The notes beneath the pieces were generated by a model. That model saw only the letters and a program-made list of their open reading frames with translations. It made no database searches and had not been told where the DNA came from. Below, in pieces: positions 23,940-37,900 of a DNA stretch of 64,000 nt (its first letter is position 1; each line of letters opens with the position of its first letter). This stretch comes from Zancudomyces culisetae HAW-14-8 (taxonomy: Eukaryota; Fungi; Kickxellomycota): contig JBNJNM010000011.1 of the NCBI GenBank assembly GCA_052426225.1, forward strand, positions 4,216,001 through 4,280,000, in the 5' to 3' direction. Position numbers and translations under genes: made by a program.

Positions 23940-26900
23940 ATGGTAAACGAGAAAACAGAATCGCAAAACGCACAATTGGTGCTCAGCGGAGGCCACTCTC
24001 ATTCACAATTTCGTCTTAACAACTTGATGAGGCAGCTGGTAGAAAAAAGCGAAAAAATTGAAAAAATTGAGGCAAGGTTCATGTATTTTGTAAAGCTACA
24101 CAAAGCCGTCAACGTAGAAAGTGTCAAGAATGCATTGGAAAAAATTGTTGCAAACTCCACTGGAGATACTCAACCAGTATGCAGTGTAGAGGAAGAAGGA
24201 AAAGTCAAAACTCTATTGCATCTTTTGGGAGTGGATACTGTTTTGGCCGAAAAGAGTGACAGGCTAGTTGGAAGGTACTATTTGATGCCAGAGGAGAACG
24301 TCGGTAAACAAGGGGATGTGCTCCTTAGTCAAGAGGGAAAAGAAGTGTTGGTGGTAAAGCCTAGAAAGGGAACAATCTCGCCATGGTCGTCAAAGGCAAC
24401 CGACATCATGATTCTTTGTGGTGTTGGGAACCTATGCGCACAGGTAGAAAGAGGAATTAGCTATGAGTTCACTTTGTTTCCAGGAAAAGGTAAATTTACT
24501 ACAGAAGAGGTAAGAAACATCGAAAAGCAAATGTACGATGAGATGACAGAAAGTATATACTGGAAAATCCCAAGCTATGAGCAGGTATTTGGAAGAGGTG
24601 ATGTAAGGAAATTAAAGATGATAGAGCTGGAAGGTGAGCGAAGTGCGGAGCTGACACAAGAAGAGGAAGAAAAACGCTACCTCCAAGCAATTGAACGCCT
24701 CAAAAAGGCAAACGTTGAAAATGGATTAGCACTGGCACAGGATGAGATTGAATATCTCGTAAAGGCGTACACCGGACTAGCATCTAGCAACAAAGAAAGC
24801 AGCTTAAACAAAAAGCCCACAGATGCAGAGTTGATGATGTTTGCTCAAGTAAACTCGGAGCATTGTCGTCATAAGGTTTTCAATGCTGAGTGGATTCTCA
24901 ATGGTGAAAAACAAGGAAAAAGTCTGTTCCAAATGATAAAAAATACCCAAGAGAAAAATGGACAATACGTACTCTCGGCATATTCAGACAATGCAGCAGT
25001 GCTAGAAGGATATGATGCGCACAAAATCCAGAGCTTTGAGCCAGATGAAAATAATGAATATAGGTTTGTTGGTAGTGACGAGGCAGCAAGAGATCCCATC
25101 CATATGGTAGCAAAAGTAGAAACCCACAACCACCCAACAGCAGTATCTCCATATTCTGGTGCAGCCACGGGTACAGGTGGAGAGATTAGAGATGAAGGTG
25201 CCGTAGGTGTCGGATCCAAGCCAAGATGTGGGTTGACAGGGTTTACTACATCGAATTTGGAGATTCCAGGGTTTATTCAACCATGGGAGAAGCCAAATTT
25301 GGAAATAGGAAGAGCAGAGCACATTGCCACCCCATTAGAGATAATGATTGAGGGGCCAATCGGTGCGGCAGCATTTGCAAATGAGTTTGGAAGACCTGCG
25401 ATATTGGGATACTTTAGAACATACTTGGAAAGATTCGAACCAAAGGTTGATGAGAATGGCGAGACAAAGGCAGTTATCAAGGGATATCATAAGCCAATCA
25501 TGCTTGCAGGTGGTATGGGCAGTGTGAGACAGAGTCAGTGTATAAAGACAGGGATCAAGGCAGGAAGTAAATTGATTGTTTTGGGCGGACCAGGACTATT
25601 AATCGGACTGGGAGGAGGAGCAGCAAGCTCAATGGAGGGTGGTAGTCAAAGCGCAGAGCTGGACTTTGCCTCGGTTCAGCGTGCAAACGCCGAAATGGAG
25701 AAACGATGCCAAATGGTAATTGATGGATGTACAGCAATGGGTGCAGAAGGCAACCCCATTTCATGTATTCATGATGTGGGTGCTGGAGGACTTAGCAATG
25801 CCTTACCCGAATTGGTATGGGACAGCAAGCTTGGTGCCCGAGTTGATTTGCGAAAAGTACAACTTGGCGATTCTAGCTTGTCACCAATGGAAATATGGTG
25901 CAATGAGTCACAAGAAAGATATGTAGTCGCAATTGAAACTGAGGAGAATCTCGCCGTCTTTGAGAAAATAGCCAACCGGGAACGATGCCCGTTTGCCGTT
26001 GTTGGAGTGGCTACTGAGGAGAAACACTTGCTTGTGGAAGACACAATGGCCAGCGGTGACGAACGGTTCGTTGTTGACTTGCCCATGGAAGTCCTGTTTG
26101 GAAAGCCCCCCAGAATGACATGTAAGGATGTATTGATAGATAAGAAAGTTACCACCACCACCACCAATGTTTCCAAGACCGACTTTGATTGCACATTGTC
26201 TAAATACTATCCCAATGAAGGAGCTACAATGACATTCAAGGACAGATTGGTTGATTGTGTGGATAGATTGTTGAGACTTCCAGCAGTCGCAAACAAAAAC
26301 TTTTTGGTAACAATTGGAGATAGATTTGTTAGTGGATTGGTCGCACAAGAACAAATGGTTGGGCCCAACCAATTGGCTATTTCTAACGTAGCAGTAACCA
26401 GAAGCAGTTATGAACCTGGAAATTATAGTGGTGAAGCCATGGCTATAGGCGAGAAGCCACTAATAAGTGCTTATAGTGGCAGTAATGTTGCGGAAAGGGG
26501 TGCTGCCAAGTCGGCCAGAATGGCAGTTGGTGAGGCAATTACCAACATAGCTGCAGTGGCATCAACATTACCTGCTGACAGTAATGGACTTGAAAGAGTC
26601 AAACTGAGTGCAAACTGGATGAGTGCGGTTAAAGTCGAAGGTGAAGGATATCAACTATACAAGGCAGTGGAGACACTGGGAATGGAATTATGTCCAGATT
26701 TGAAAATTAGTATTCCAGTTGGAAAGGATTCAATGAGTATGATGATGAAGGTTGAAAATAAGGATGCTGGAAGTAGCGGTACCAGTACCACATCAGTTGT
26801 ACACAGCCCCTTAACGGTGGTTATTACAGCTTTTATGACCATCAAGGATGTTCGTAATGTCAAAACACCAAATCTGTTGCTACCAAGTGATTTCAAAAAT

Positions 26901-28625
26901 ACCGGTAGCAATGTTGGTGATGATTCTGATAAGGAAACAGTTCTATTGTTGCTAGATTTGGGTAGAGGTAAAGACCGAATTGGCGCGAGTTGTTTATATC
27001 AAATTTACAACCATAACAGTATTGATGAAGGGGAAGCAGGTAGCAAGGATGGTGATAACGTACCTGATGTGGATAGTCCAGCAGACTTGACCAACTTTTT
27101 CAAGAGCATCACAAAGAATAATAAGGATGTATTGGCTTACCATGATCGAAGCGATGGAGGTCTGCTTATTACGCTGTTGGAAATGGCATTCACTAGTAGA
27201 ACAGGGCTGGATATTCACATTCCTCACCAAATTGTTGGCGATAGTGATGAGAAATTGACTAAATTCTTGTTTAATGAAGAACTGGGTGCTGTAATTCAGG
27301 TCAAGAAAAACCGCCTTGAACAGTTTGTTTCAAATTTGGTTGATGAATTTGGGTTTACTCAAGATTTCTCTGACAATACCAAGCCACACATTGTTGAATT
27401 GGCAAGAATTGGTAAAAATTCATCACCAAAACCAGACGCAACTGAAAGGTATAGCAATGATGAGGGTGTAAATGAAGCATCTTTCAGAATATTTGTTGAT
27501 AACTGTAACACCCAATCTGGTGTAAGCGAAAATACATTAGTTTACGAACAACAATGTAGCGATTTGTTGAGAAAATACCATGAAACTTCATATAAGATTC
27601 AAAGGTTAAGAGACAACCCAGAGTGCGCAGACTCAGAATTCGCTTTGCTATCAGAACACTACTCCAGCCCTCACAACAAACTGTTTTATTCAATCAAGGA
27701 CGAGTCCTTACTAAAAAACACAAACCTTTCGACTTACTTGGCCAAGATTGCAAATAATAATGGTGCCTCACTCACCACAACCCCAATATCCTTGCAACGT
27801 CCAAAGGTAATGATTCTGAGAGAACAAGGTGTAAATTCTCATGTAGAAACCGCATTTGTTTTCCACTTGACAGGATTCACTCCAATTGATGTCCACATGA
27901 CCGATATTATCAACAACAAGGTTGCGTTGGATGACTGTGTAGGTCTGGTGGCCTGTGGTGGGTTCAGTTATGGTGATGTCTTGGGTGCAGGAATAGGATG
28001 GGCTCAAACCATTTTACAAAACCCCATTGTAAGATCCAAATTCAAAGAATTCTTTGAACGAGAAAATACTTTTGCTCTGGGAATCTGTAATGGGTGCCAA
28101 ATGTTAACCAGACTCAAATCAATTATTCCAGGTGCCGAACACTGGCCACTATTTATTACCAATGCCTCTGAACAATATGAAGCTAGAACCGTAATGGTCA
28201 AGATAGATCCTCCAGAAAACTGCATCTTCTTTGACCAAACCACCATGGCTGGCGATTGTTACCCAATCGCCGTCGCTCACGGTGAAGGTCGCGCTGTCTT
28301 TTCTGATCCTCAACATAAACAGAACTTTATCAAAGAAAATCTACGAGCTATAAAATACCACTCAAATGACCCAGCATATCATCACAACCAATCAGCCGCC
28401 GAAACTGATTCTGCTATCCTTCCCTACCCACTCAACCCTAATGGTTCCGAGCTCAATATAGCTGGAGTAACTTCTTCAACAGGTCGTGTTTTGGCTATGA
28501 TGCCACACCCCGAACGCGTACTTTTGGCTACATCCAATTCATATCTTCCCCAAGACAAAGTCTTTGAATGGGACTTTGGTCCTTGGATCAACATGTTCGC
28601 CAGCATTCGTAAATGGGTAAACTAG
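23940..28625 (+). CDS. ADE6: Phosphoribosylformylglycinamidine synthase (large PurL)
   Basis: [68 protein letters not shown], and glutaminase motifs GICNGCQ and MMPHPER. Confidence 0.98.
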   Translation: MVNEKTESQNAQLVLSGGHSHSQFRLNNLMRQLVEKSEKIEKIEARFMYFVKLHKAVNVESVKNALEKIVANSTGDTQPVCSVEEEGKVKTLLHLLGVDTVLAEKSDRLVGRYYLMPEENVGKQGDVLLSQEGKEVLVVKPRKGTISPWSSKATDIMILCGVGNLCAQVERGISYEFTLFPGKGKFTTEEVRNIEKQMYDEMTESIYWKIPSYEQVFGRGDVRKLKMIELEGERSAELTQEEEEKRYLQAIERLKKANVENGLALAQDEIEYLVKAYTGLASSNKESSLNKKPTDAELMMFAQVNSEHCRHKVFNAEWILNGEKQGKSLFQMIKNTQEKNGQYVLSAYSDNAAVLEGYDAHKIQSFEPDENNEYRFVGSDEAARDPIHMVAKVETHNHPTAVSPYSGAATGTGGEIRDEGAVGVGSKPRCGLTGFTTSNLEIPGFIQPWEKPNLEIGRAEHIATPLEIMIEGPIGAAAFANEFGRPAILGYFRTYLERFEPKVDENGETKAVIKGYHKPIMLAGGMGSVRQSQCIKTGIKAGSKLIVLGGPGLLIGLGGGAASSMEGGSQSAELDFASVQRANAEMEKRCQMVIDGCTAMGAEGNPISCIHDVGAGGLSNALPELVWDSKLGARVDLRKVQLGDSSLSPMEIWCNESQERYVVAIETEENLAVFEKIANRERCPFAVVGVATEEKHLLVEDTMASGDERFVVDLPMEVLFGKPPRMTCKDVLIDKKVTTTTTNVSKTDFDCTLSKYYPNEGATMTFKDRLVDCVDRLLRLPAVANKNFLVTIGDRFVSGLVAQEQMVGPNQLAISNVAVTRSSYEPGNYSGEAMAIGEKPLISAYSGSNVAERGAAKSARMAVGEAITNIAAVASTLPADSNGLERVKLSANWMSAVKVEGEGYQLYKAVETLGMELCPDLKISIPVGKDSMSMMMKVENKDAGSSGTSTTSVVHSPLTVVITAFMTIKDVRNVKTPNLLLPSDFKNTGSNVGDDSDKETVLLLLDLGRGKDRIGASCLYQIYNHNSIDEGEAGSKDGDNVPDVDSPADLTNFFKSITKNNKDVLAYHDRSDGGLLITLLEMAFTSRTGLDIHIPHQIVGDSDEKLTKFLFNEELGAVIQVKKNRLEQFVSNLVDEFGFTQDFSDNTKPHIVELARIGKNSSPKPDATERYSNDEGVNEASFRIFVDNCNTQSGVSENTLVYEQQCSDLLRKYHETSYKIQRLRDNPECADSEFALLSEHYSSPHNKLFYSIKDESLLKNTNLSTYLAKIANNNGASLTTTPISLQRPKVMILREQGVNSHVETAFVFHLTGFTPIDVHMTDIINNKVALDDCVGLVACGGFSYGDVLGAGIGWAQTILQNPIVRSKFKEFFERENTFALGICNGCQMLTRLKSIIPGAEHWPLFITNASEQYEARTVMVKIDPPENCIFFDQTTMAGDCYPIAVAHGEGRAVFSDPQHKQNFIKENLRAIKYHSNDPAYHHNQSAAETDSAILPYPLNPNGSELNIAGVTSSTGRVLAMMPHPERVLLATSNSYLPQDKVFEWDFGPWINMFASIRKWVN

Positions 28626-28669
28626 TTTTTATTTATTTACTTTTTTTTTTACTTATTATCAGAATCGTT

Positions 28670-29875
28670 TTACGCCTTGCGTTTATTAATAAACTTTTCT
28701 AATTGTTCCCAAAAACTCATTACCGTCGCTCTATCTATGTGTCTTTTACTACGTTCAATATTCATTACATACAAATTCCATCCAACAGCTGTATCTCTTA
28801 CTTTTTCATCACTAAACTTGGGATATACTCCAAAAACCCTTTCAAAGATCTGTTGTGGTGCCCCCCAGATCCAGTTTGTAAACTGCCATGCTGCACCATT
28901 TGTTAGTACACATACTACTTTGTCCCAATCTTCTGCTGTAAATCCATTAATGCTATCCACTATTTTGACTTTTCTTTTTCGCCCGCTAATTTCCTGCTCA
29001 ATTATTATTTTTCGTGGTTTTTCTTTTCCTGAACTAATTGCTATTTTGTTATCGCTAAATTTATGTCCCTTTAATAACTCTTCAATGTTGTACATGTTGA
29101 CTATTGATGTCGCCGCCGAGGGAATAATTATCACCAACTCATCACTTTCCTTCAATGTTTTATCTCGTGTATCCTTCCGGTGCCCCGCCACCCTTGTAGT
29201 GTTTCCACTCTCCACAGCACTCTTAACGCCCCCTTTGTGTACCACACTCTTTGCTCCGTTCTTTTCTTCCTTGCCTCCCTCCAATGCCTTTTTTAGCATT
29301 TCTTCAGAAATCTTTATCACATGTTCAAAGGATTTGTTGCTGGTCAAAATCGAGTTTCTGCCTCCCAAAACCCGTTCTCTTTTGGCTATTTGTTTGCACA
29401 TTTGGGTGAGTTCTTCTTCCTCTTCATTACTTCGTTTGCTACCCAACCTTCCTTCGTCCAAATCCTCATTTTCCACATCTAGACTGTTTTCTAACTGTTC
29501 AATTTCCTTTTGATCCTTTAGATTATCACTAGTCTCCTTCTTACCACTTAGATAATCAATTAAATCTGTTTTAAAAGTAAAACTAACTCCTTGGATTTTG
29601 TTTAGCTGTGTCGCCTTGAGGTATGTATAATATCCTTCATTTCTGTTCTTCCAGAAATAAAGCATGGATATTAAGGAATACCTATCGGCGGCTTTTTTCG
29701 AAAAATAGTAATTTGTAAGTTCATTCTTGTCAAAAGTTCCTGCATCGCCAAACTTTATTTGTTCAGCCTCCTCTATTTTTGTTGTAAGATTACCATCCTT
29801 ATCCAAAAACTCAATCTCCTTGTTGTTTATTATAAATTCTCTTAAAAGTTGCAGTGGATTATTTCCCGTAGCCAT
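28670..29875 (-). CDS. CDC73: Paf1 complex subunit Cdc73/parafibromin
   Basis: N-terminal NPLQLLREF and C-terminal Ras-like domain IIIPSAATSIVNMYNI, DWDKVVCV, GAAWQFTNW, KRHIDRA. Confidence 0.93.
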   Translation of the reverse strand: MATGNNPLQLLREFIINNKEIEFLDKDGNLTTKIEEAEQIKFGDAGTFDKNELTNYYFSKKAADRYSLISMLYFWKNRNEGYYTYLKATQLNKIQGVSFTFKTDLIDYLSGKKETSDNLKDQKEIEQLENSLDVENEDLDEGRLGSKRSNEEEEELTQMCKQIAKRERVLGGRNSILTSNKSFEHVIKISEEMLKKALEGGKEEKNGAKSVVHKGGVKSAVESGNTTRVAGHRKDTRDKTLKESDELVIIIPSAATSIVNMYNIEELLKGHKFSDNKIAISSGKEKPRKIIIEQEISGRKRKVKIVDSINGFTAEDWDKVVCVLTNGAAWQFTNWIWGAPQQIFERVFGVYPKFSDEKVRDTAVGWNLYVMNIERSKRHIDRATVMSFWEQLEKFINKRKA

Positions 29876-30188
29876 TATCGTAATATCGTTTATTCTCTAT
29901 ATGTATTCGTTTTTTACCTGTGCCTGTTTGATATTTGTTTATATATATATATATTTTTTTTAATAAACAAAAATTTTAATACATTTGAAAAAAATGAATT
30001 ACAAATTGGACAAAGACAATAAAATGAGGAAAATTCATTAGGAAATAAAATTAAAATCTGCAAGATCTATCCTACAACCCAACTGCTCTTTTAGAATAAC
30101 ACGAAGTTGGTTCTCATGCAATAAACAAGCTAGCTGAAACCAAAAGCAAAAGCAAAAGCAAAAAATATGGAAAATAAAGCTACAAAGT

Positions 30189-33100
30189 TTATTTTTTGAA
30201 AAGGTTTTGAAATCCATGGAACATTTTCTCACTAAAACTCTTTACAGATCTTCTAGAATCATTTGAATTTTGTTTTGTAGTATTGGTTTGGGTATTATGT
30301 ACATTAGCTCCATTATAAGAATTTCTTGTGCTAGTGTCGTAACTCAGAGTTTCATCAGCAATATTTGAAGGGTTATGAGTAATATATTGAGTGTCAGACT
30401 TAGTATTGGTGCCAGTGGTATTTTGTTTTTGTTGTTCACTAGTATAAAAATGCTTTTCAAGGTTTAGCAAGTTTACATGCGGATCAAGAGACAAGTTCAT
30501 TTTTTTAGTAGTAGTGGATGATGGACCCAAACCTATTTTGCTAAAAAATGCCTTCTTGCTTTTGGTTAAATCACCATTGATGTCTGGTGCTCCCAACAAA
30601 TCAGACTTGAGAGCGGTTCCAAGGTCAATGTAGTCTGGTTCGTCGGGAAGAGTCACTAGCTTTATACTATCATCACACCTTTCTATAATGCTGGCAGAAT
30701 CACGCAGATCTTGTTTGAGCAGTGATGGGATTCTTGTACCATTCGCAGCAGCGTTTTCACAAATATCTACACTTGCATATTTGGATTTGGATTTGGATTT
30801 GGACTTGGACTTGGATTTAGAGCTAGAGTTAGAACTAGAGTTAGATATTGGTGGCTCTTCAAGAACTCTTTCCAAAGGAGAAAATTCAATACGAGTACCA
30901 TATATACTCTTCTGTTGAGATAAAAGAGTGGTTTGTCGAAGGCTAGAGGACTTTTTAGGCGGGAGGTTTGGTTTAGAATTTCCAGTAGTATTATCATGTT
31001 GATTGTTAGTATCGGTACACGTATCATCCAAACCAAAATAGAAGTCCAGATCACTGTTATTATATGGATTTGAAGGAGCCATATTGTCATATTTCAAAGT
31101 ATTATCAGTTGTAATTTTCGCAACTGAAAAAGGATTGATGTTACTTTGGTTATTTTCGGAGAGTTGAATAGGTTGGGAAAACAACATCGGAGAAATTTCG
31201 GCTTTATGAATGGTATTTGTTACAGGTTTGTGATCTTGAGTTTTTAACGAGCTGCCTTCGTCATGAATTTTGTTTACATTAAAAACAAACGGCTCAAATA
31301 ATCTTGAAAAGGATGATGAATTCTTTTTCAATCTTATTAGGGTATAGTCATGATTAGTATTAGTAGTATTACTAGAACCACCATTACTATTGTTGTAGGT
31401 AATATTATTATTATAATTATTGCTGCTAGTACTATCAGTATTACCACTAGTACCAGTATGCAGCTTCTCATCGGTAGTTGCAATACCGCTGAGTTTCATG
31501 TTTTGATGATTGTTGTAAAATTTACTTTGATCGTTGCCACAATCGTACGAATGCAAACCAAGGTTAGGAGTGGTTGACTGTAATGGATATTTTGTGCAAG
31601 TACTGTTTTCAGGGAAGTCGAGTTGTTTTGAAAAATTTTGTAGATTAACATTGGTATTACCATCTGGGTTGGATTTCATTTTTGCAGGTATGCTAGAAAT
31701 ACTGTTCCTATCAAACTCATTAATATTCGGTTTTTTCTCTTCAAAAAAATCCTCATAACTAGTTATTGGAATTTCAGGAACGATGCTTTTATTACCAAGT
31801 AAATAGGAATTATCATTTACAGGATCAGATGGCAATGATTTATGGATATCGTCCTTAGTAGGGGTTGATATACAATCTTTAGTTATCATTAAACTAGTGA
31901 AATCCTTTTTCCTTTTCCTTTTACTCTCACTCTCACTCTCGCTCTGACCTCCACCCTCATTCTGTCTTTCATTCTCGCTTTCATTCTCGCTTTCATTTCC
32001 ACTTTTATTTTTATCTTTATCCTTATCTTTGCCTTGGCTTCCAAATAATGCATTCATACGCTCTTTATGAGAGAATAAATGGTCATTAAGCTCCTTTGAT
32101 ACTTTATCTGTTCTTGTAATAGCAAACATTTCATTTGCAAATACCCCTGTATTGTTGTTATTTACATAAATATTCTTGTATACTTTACTGTTTCTGAACA
32201 CTCTTTGTGAATTACAATCAAAACGTATTGCTCTGGAATGTCTTTTGTGTATTGTGTTAGTAGTAGCTGTGACAGTGGTGGTGGTCTTGGTTGATTTGTT
32301 GCGATGTAAGCCACTAGTATGTCGCTCTTCCAAACGGGTTTTTGAAACTAGCCCGACATTAGTTGGATTGATTGTTGTTAAAAGTTTCTGCGATTCATCT
32401 GCAAGACCAGGATCACTTTTCACTCTACAGCTCAATATTGTACTTTCATAAATTCCAAATAAAGCATCATTATTGGAAAGGGATGGTGTAGTGTTATAAC
32501 TGTGATTACTTTTATTTTCCCCCAGTAAATACAGTGATAAATCATTGTTTTTTTTAGTGTGGGAAATATTTTTTATAGAGATAGGTTTCTGGCTTCTATC
32601 TACGTATCTAGTTGTACTAGCTAAGCTCTTGTTATCATCTTTATTAAAGTATTGATTTTTTTGTCTTGATGATAAATCATTTGGTGGGCTTATAAGAACG
32701 ATCTCTCGCCTGGTCTTCTTCTTATTGTTGTTGCTATAGATTGATTTTTGATACTTATTTTCATTATCCTGGGCTGTTGTCACTAATTCAAAATCATCTT
32801 GTTCCAGTGATTTTATACTAAACTTGTTTTCCGAGTACTCAGTGGAATGATATGTTCGTTTTGATGAGATCTTGGACGAGTTTGAATTTTCTCTATACAA
32901 GTCCGTTGTTGATCCTGCTCCTTTATAGTATGTCTCATTACTATCTCTAAAGCTTATAAGTGATGTGTTTTTTAACTTCAAATACTCCAACATATTCATG
33001 TTTAAGAGCTTAGGTCTTTCGGGTGAGGTAGGTTGTACCATTGGAAATGCCTCCAACGAACTAGTACTTGAATTTTTCAAAGCATCTATAAACAATTTTT

Positions 33101-34966
33101 TATACCCCTCTGACATGACTTTTTTGTTGGGTTTTTTTTGTTTAATTGTCAGACTCGCTTGATCGCTCAAAGCCGTGCATGTGCTTTGAACTTTTCTATT
33201 GAGATTTGATGTATAATGTGGAGCAATAACAACTCGCTTGGATTTGAAATATTCATTCACTAAGCCTCTTGCGTTTCTGTCATTTACACGTTTTGTTGAC
33301 TCTTTATCTATTGTTTCATCGTTGTCATTACTGTTGCTTTGTTTGCCAACTGGTCTGATTTCCAACGCTACATCTATGTAGTGTTCAACTTTGATATTCG
33401 TTGAATTTAAGTCGTAGTTTATGTTTCGGCCAATCTTCAAAGGTATTCTCTCAAAAATCTTGGTCTTACCACGGTCCCTCTTTTCATGTTTTTTCCATTC
33501 CAACTCGACAATTTCCTGTCTATTAAACTCCTTTAGCTCACTTAATATGTTATCATGCACATCCTCTTTGTATACATATTTCTCCTCGTCATTATTGAAT
33601 ATATCTTCAAAATTTATTACCCATTCCCTAAACTCGGGATCCTCGTGTCTCCGGTTTTGTGCTGCGTTAAACCCGTCAGACTCTTCATCGAAATATTTTG
33701 CGTTGGAATCCTTGCTTTTTCTGCTAGTATTGCTATTTCTTTTATTACCACTCCTTTTTATTTCTCTTATCGATTCCACCGGGTTGGTCTTACTGATACT
33801 ACCTTCTAATTTTTTACTTCCGCTACCAAGAACCCTTTCTCCTTTTTTCCCATTGTTGCCATAGTAGTTCTCATCTGATATTTTTTTAAATCCGCCCTCC
33901 AACTCATTAAGCTTAAACGCATCATTCAGAGTCTTTTTAAATTCTTTTGGTATTACCATTGAATGGTGATTATCATTATTTCCTCCTTTTTTGTCTTTAC
34001 TTCCTATAATAATCCGTTTCTTGAATATACAACTAGTGTTACAGAATTTTTTAAAATTTGAAACCAAATTATCATCTTTTTTATACGGCTCATAAAATCG
34101 CAACTGTATTTTTTCCCGAAGAGCAAGTGTCACTATAGCCTCTGTGTTTTCTATAGGCGATTTTGAAACTGTAATTTCCATCCCTAACGTTTGCCCCTCG
34201 GCCAATACTCCATTCTCCCACCTGAGCTTTAACTTGGTATCTTCCATCGTCTTAATACTTATCTGTTCAAACAGGACTTTTTTGCCTTTTCTTGACTCGA
34301 GATGGCTAGGTAATAGCGAAATGCTACTGTATATTTTTGGTGCCCCCTTCTTGGCCGCAATACTATCATACATAGCCATATACTCCTCGTACGATCCGAA
34401 CAGCTCTATACGTGCTCTCCCACCAACCATCACTGTGCCATTCTTCCTTAAGTATGTCACCTTTAGCTCGTACTCTACCGTACATAACTTTGTTTGTACT
34501 GTATATGGCAAATATGTTGGCACTGGTATATTGAACGGAAACAAATGTGCGCCTTCCTCTAGTTCTACAGGAAGCCCATCTTCTGTCAGTAGCTGTCCAA
34601 ATAGTGATTGTTTTGTATGTGTACTGGTTATACTTTTTGATTTATCATGACCATCTTTATCTATAGATACGTGTATATTTTTTTAGACAAATGCATTCAC
34701 ACTTTATTCTATATGTATATATATATATATAAAATGTACTTTTTTACTTTACCCTTAACAGAAAAAATAGTTACGATTTTAACTAATTCGACAAAGAACG
34801 TCTCAAACTCGGTCTTTCTTTTAATGTTTACGTGTACAATACCTCTGACTGAGTTGTAATCGTGGTTATTATAGAAACCAGCACTGCTTTTGTTTTCGCA
34901 CATATATATCTTTTCGTTGTGAAGCTCAATCGAGACATGAGGCTCTGTTTCAGGTTCAGTCGCCAT
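30189..34966 (-). CDS. Very large arrestin-fold (alpha-arrestin-like) protein with a long low-complexity tail; 2 exons (34966-34753, 34660-30189)
   Basis: An intron at 34752-34661 (GTAAAG...CTATAG) joins the 85-aa ORF in frame (G|AT). VRGIVHVN, GAHLFPFNIPVPTYLPYT...VEYELKV and NIKVEHYIDVALE are arrestin-N/C-like. Confidence 0.72.
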
Positions 34967-37900
34967 TATCTTTTATTCCTTTTTTTGCTTCACTTTTGCT
35001 CTAAATACCTTTTCTTTTGTTTTGTTTTCTATTCTTTTCGTCAATATTATATTACTACGGTTCTATTTTTTTGATTCCTCAGCCAGTCGCTGATTTTTTT
35101 ATAGTTATTCTAGTTTTATCAGCTTTAGCTACAAGCCCTCGATTTGAGTTTCTAGTACCACTTTTACACACCCACTAACTACTGCTGCTATCAATATTGT
35201 CGTCGCTATTTGCACTTGGATAAGCTAATACTATTCAGCCTATTTCTTTTTTTCCACAAGCTTTATCACCGTTCCCTCCCTCTTTCAGGGTTTACAAGGG
35301 TAAATAATTGCTTTATAATTGTTAACTATCTATACCTTTTTTTTTACATACCATGGATCATCAAGTTTGATATTTATTGTCCGGAATCAACCCCGTTCTG
35401 TTTCTTTTAGGTTGCAATATCCTCGTATCTATCACTGACGTTTGCTCATATCCAATAAATAGTATTAGGAATAGTAAAAATAATAATGATTATAGTAATA
35501 TGAATGTTAATAACCGGTTATCTATCGCGTTTAAAAGGCAAGCAGAAAGCGTTTAAATCGATTAAAGTGTTACAAAATCCCATCCAGTTCTCAATACAGA
35601 CTACTTTTATTACAAACTTACTACCATCCCTCCCCTTTTTTCAGTTTAAACTGTCAAGATTATAAAAGTATTAAATAGTGTATAGAACAATACACATTTG
35701 CGTTTTATTCTTCCAAAAGGTTTCGAGTAAATTGTGCAAATGCTTTTACATTTATTACATTTACTATTTTCTTTTTTTTCTTAAACCCCTTTTGGACATT
35801 GCATGGTTTATATAATTAGTACTTGTGCTAATTATCAAATTATCAATCTTTTTTCCTTAGTAATTTTAATAGATAATAGTACTACGAATAAATAAGTGCA
35901 CAATACCCACAAAAACCTTATTTAGATATACCCTTTTCTACCGGTTAAACCATTACACCAGTATACCGGTCTCTTTTTCGTTTTTTCATTTTTTTCTCCT
36001 CTAATACCCATAATAAACAATGTTCGTATGTTTTTTTATCATCATTAATTTTTTTAGCGAATAGAATCATAATTACTTAATCAATTAAAGGAAAAACACC
36101 CTAATTTATTTCGTACTACACAAGAATTAAGATTTCCTCAAACTCTCACTTTAATTAAATACTGCATAATTTTATGACGCCCTAAGCACATATATAAACT
36201 GTAATACTTACTAGGTTCCTATTTTTACTAGTATTATATCTCCCTATTTTTTTTCCAATATATTTCAATAAAATTACCCACTGTTTTAATATGAACATCA
36301 TGACAAAACTTCCCCCTTGTTTGCTTTTAATCATTATTTTCCTGGTATTGGTTTTTTAATCTCAACTTTGGAGGGAAAGAGAGGAAACGAGGGGAAAATA
36401 TGCAATGGAATTGGGCAATTTAGAAAAGCTGTAATATCATCTAGGCTTATTACAAAAATATTGCATGCATATCAAATTGAAAAGAGTTGTTTATTCCCGA
36501 GAGTTTGTAAACCTCATCTCAATAAGTAAGGTTTTTCTTTCTTTTTATAGCCATATTCCAGGTTTAGAAAAAACAAGCTGTTGAACAATGAATTAGGATT
36601 CGGTAAACACCGTCGTTTCTTTTTATTTGACACTTGCAAATATTTTTTTAATTTCATCTTTTTTCCGTTTATTTATAACCCCTGGTTGCTACCATTATAT
36701 CCACTACACGAAATAATATGCTACATAGATACAAGATCGTATCATGTCATCCTAGAGTAAAGTCCTGCCATTTCAGTCAATACATTTTTCATCGTTACCA
36801 CTTCTTTTATTATTTTCAAAATATCTCCGAAGTTATGAGTATTTTTAATCGATTATGAGCTTTAGTCACGATTTGTGACTTTTTAATTCCTGGTATGAAC
36901 TGAACTTCAAGCGCAAGAGTGACTATATGAGGAGGGGAAGAGGATCAGAGTTTTTAAAACAAGCATATTGATAGTGCATGTTCTGTAAGATAGTTCTACC
37001 TTCGGATGGTTATATCCCTATATAACCTTTAATTAATTTGTGATTGGTGTTAATTAAACCTATAAAGTGGTAAAATAAACAGCCCCAAAAAAATTAGAAT
37101 ACACAAATCGGGTAGTCTGAAAGCAGTTTTATTTAAAGTTTACTCAAAAAGCCTTTTCAAAATACACTCTTTTTTTATTTTGAATACTCGACTTGGCTTA
37201 TCACTATTAAGACTATTCTGGATTAATTAGCGAAATTGGATTTCATATCACTATTTTTAGTCAAAACTTATAGAAATATACACCTTAACCCATATATACT
37301 TTTATAGTACATACCCGGCTCAAAATTGATCTCCAGGCCCTGTATACACATTAAACATTTGCTTTTTCACTTTGTAGTCAACTTAAGGACAAGATTCGGA
37401 TAAATGTTTGATTCTATTTCTTATAAAAGAGAAGGTGTAAACAAAAAAGGATGCTTCAAGTTTTCACACCTAATAGTATCTCTGATGCTGTGCGTTTTTA
37501 TTAAAGAGCTAGTAGTTACTGTTGCTTTTGAGCATTAAACAAAAAGCAATAAAAGCCTTTCATACTCAAAATCCACTTTCAGGTGCCTATTTTCAGCTAA
37601 TGTGCTCAGATACTCCACTGCTTTTAATTAAACTTTGAAAAACAAAGTAATGTACCTTTTATTTTTTTGAATTACTGAGAAGGGTTGTCCAGTAGGAATA
37701 TATTCCCAGTGTAATTATAAGCAAATGTTACACATTTTTTGTACCAATTTTGTATAATAAAATAGTCTTTTTTTTTGTTTACAAATATTTTGTGTTAAGG
37801 ATTACACCCTTTCTTGACGAATGTAAATGCTCCTAGTCTAAATTATTGCTTTAATTAATATTTATCAATCGTTTTTTTTTTGATTACACTGTGTAACTCC

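Noticed and set aside
28677-29513. Long antisense ORFs over CDC73 (similarly over JSN1, ADE6 and the repeat protein)
   Set aside because: They mirror real genes, are explained by codon bias and show no protein-family features.
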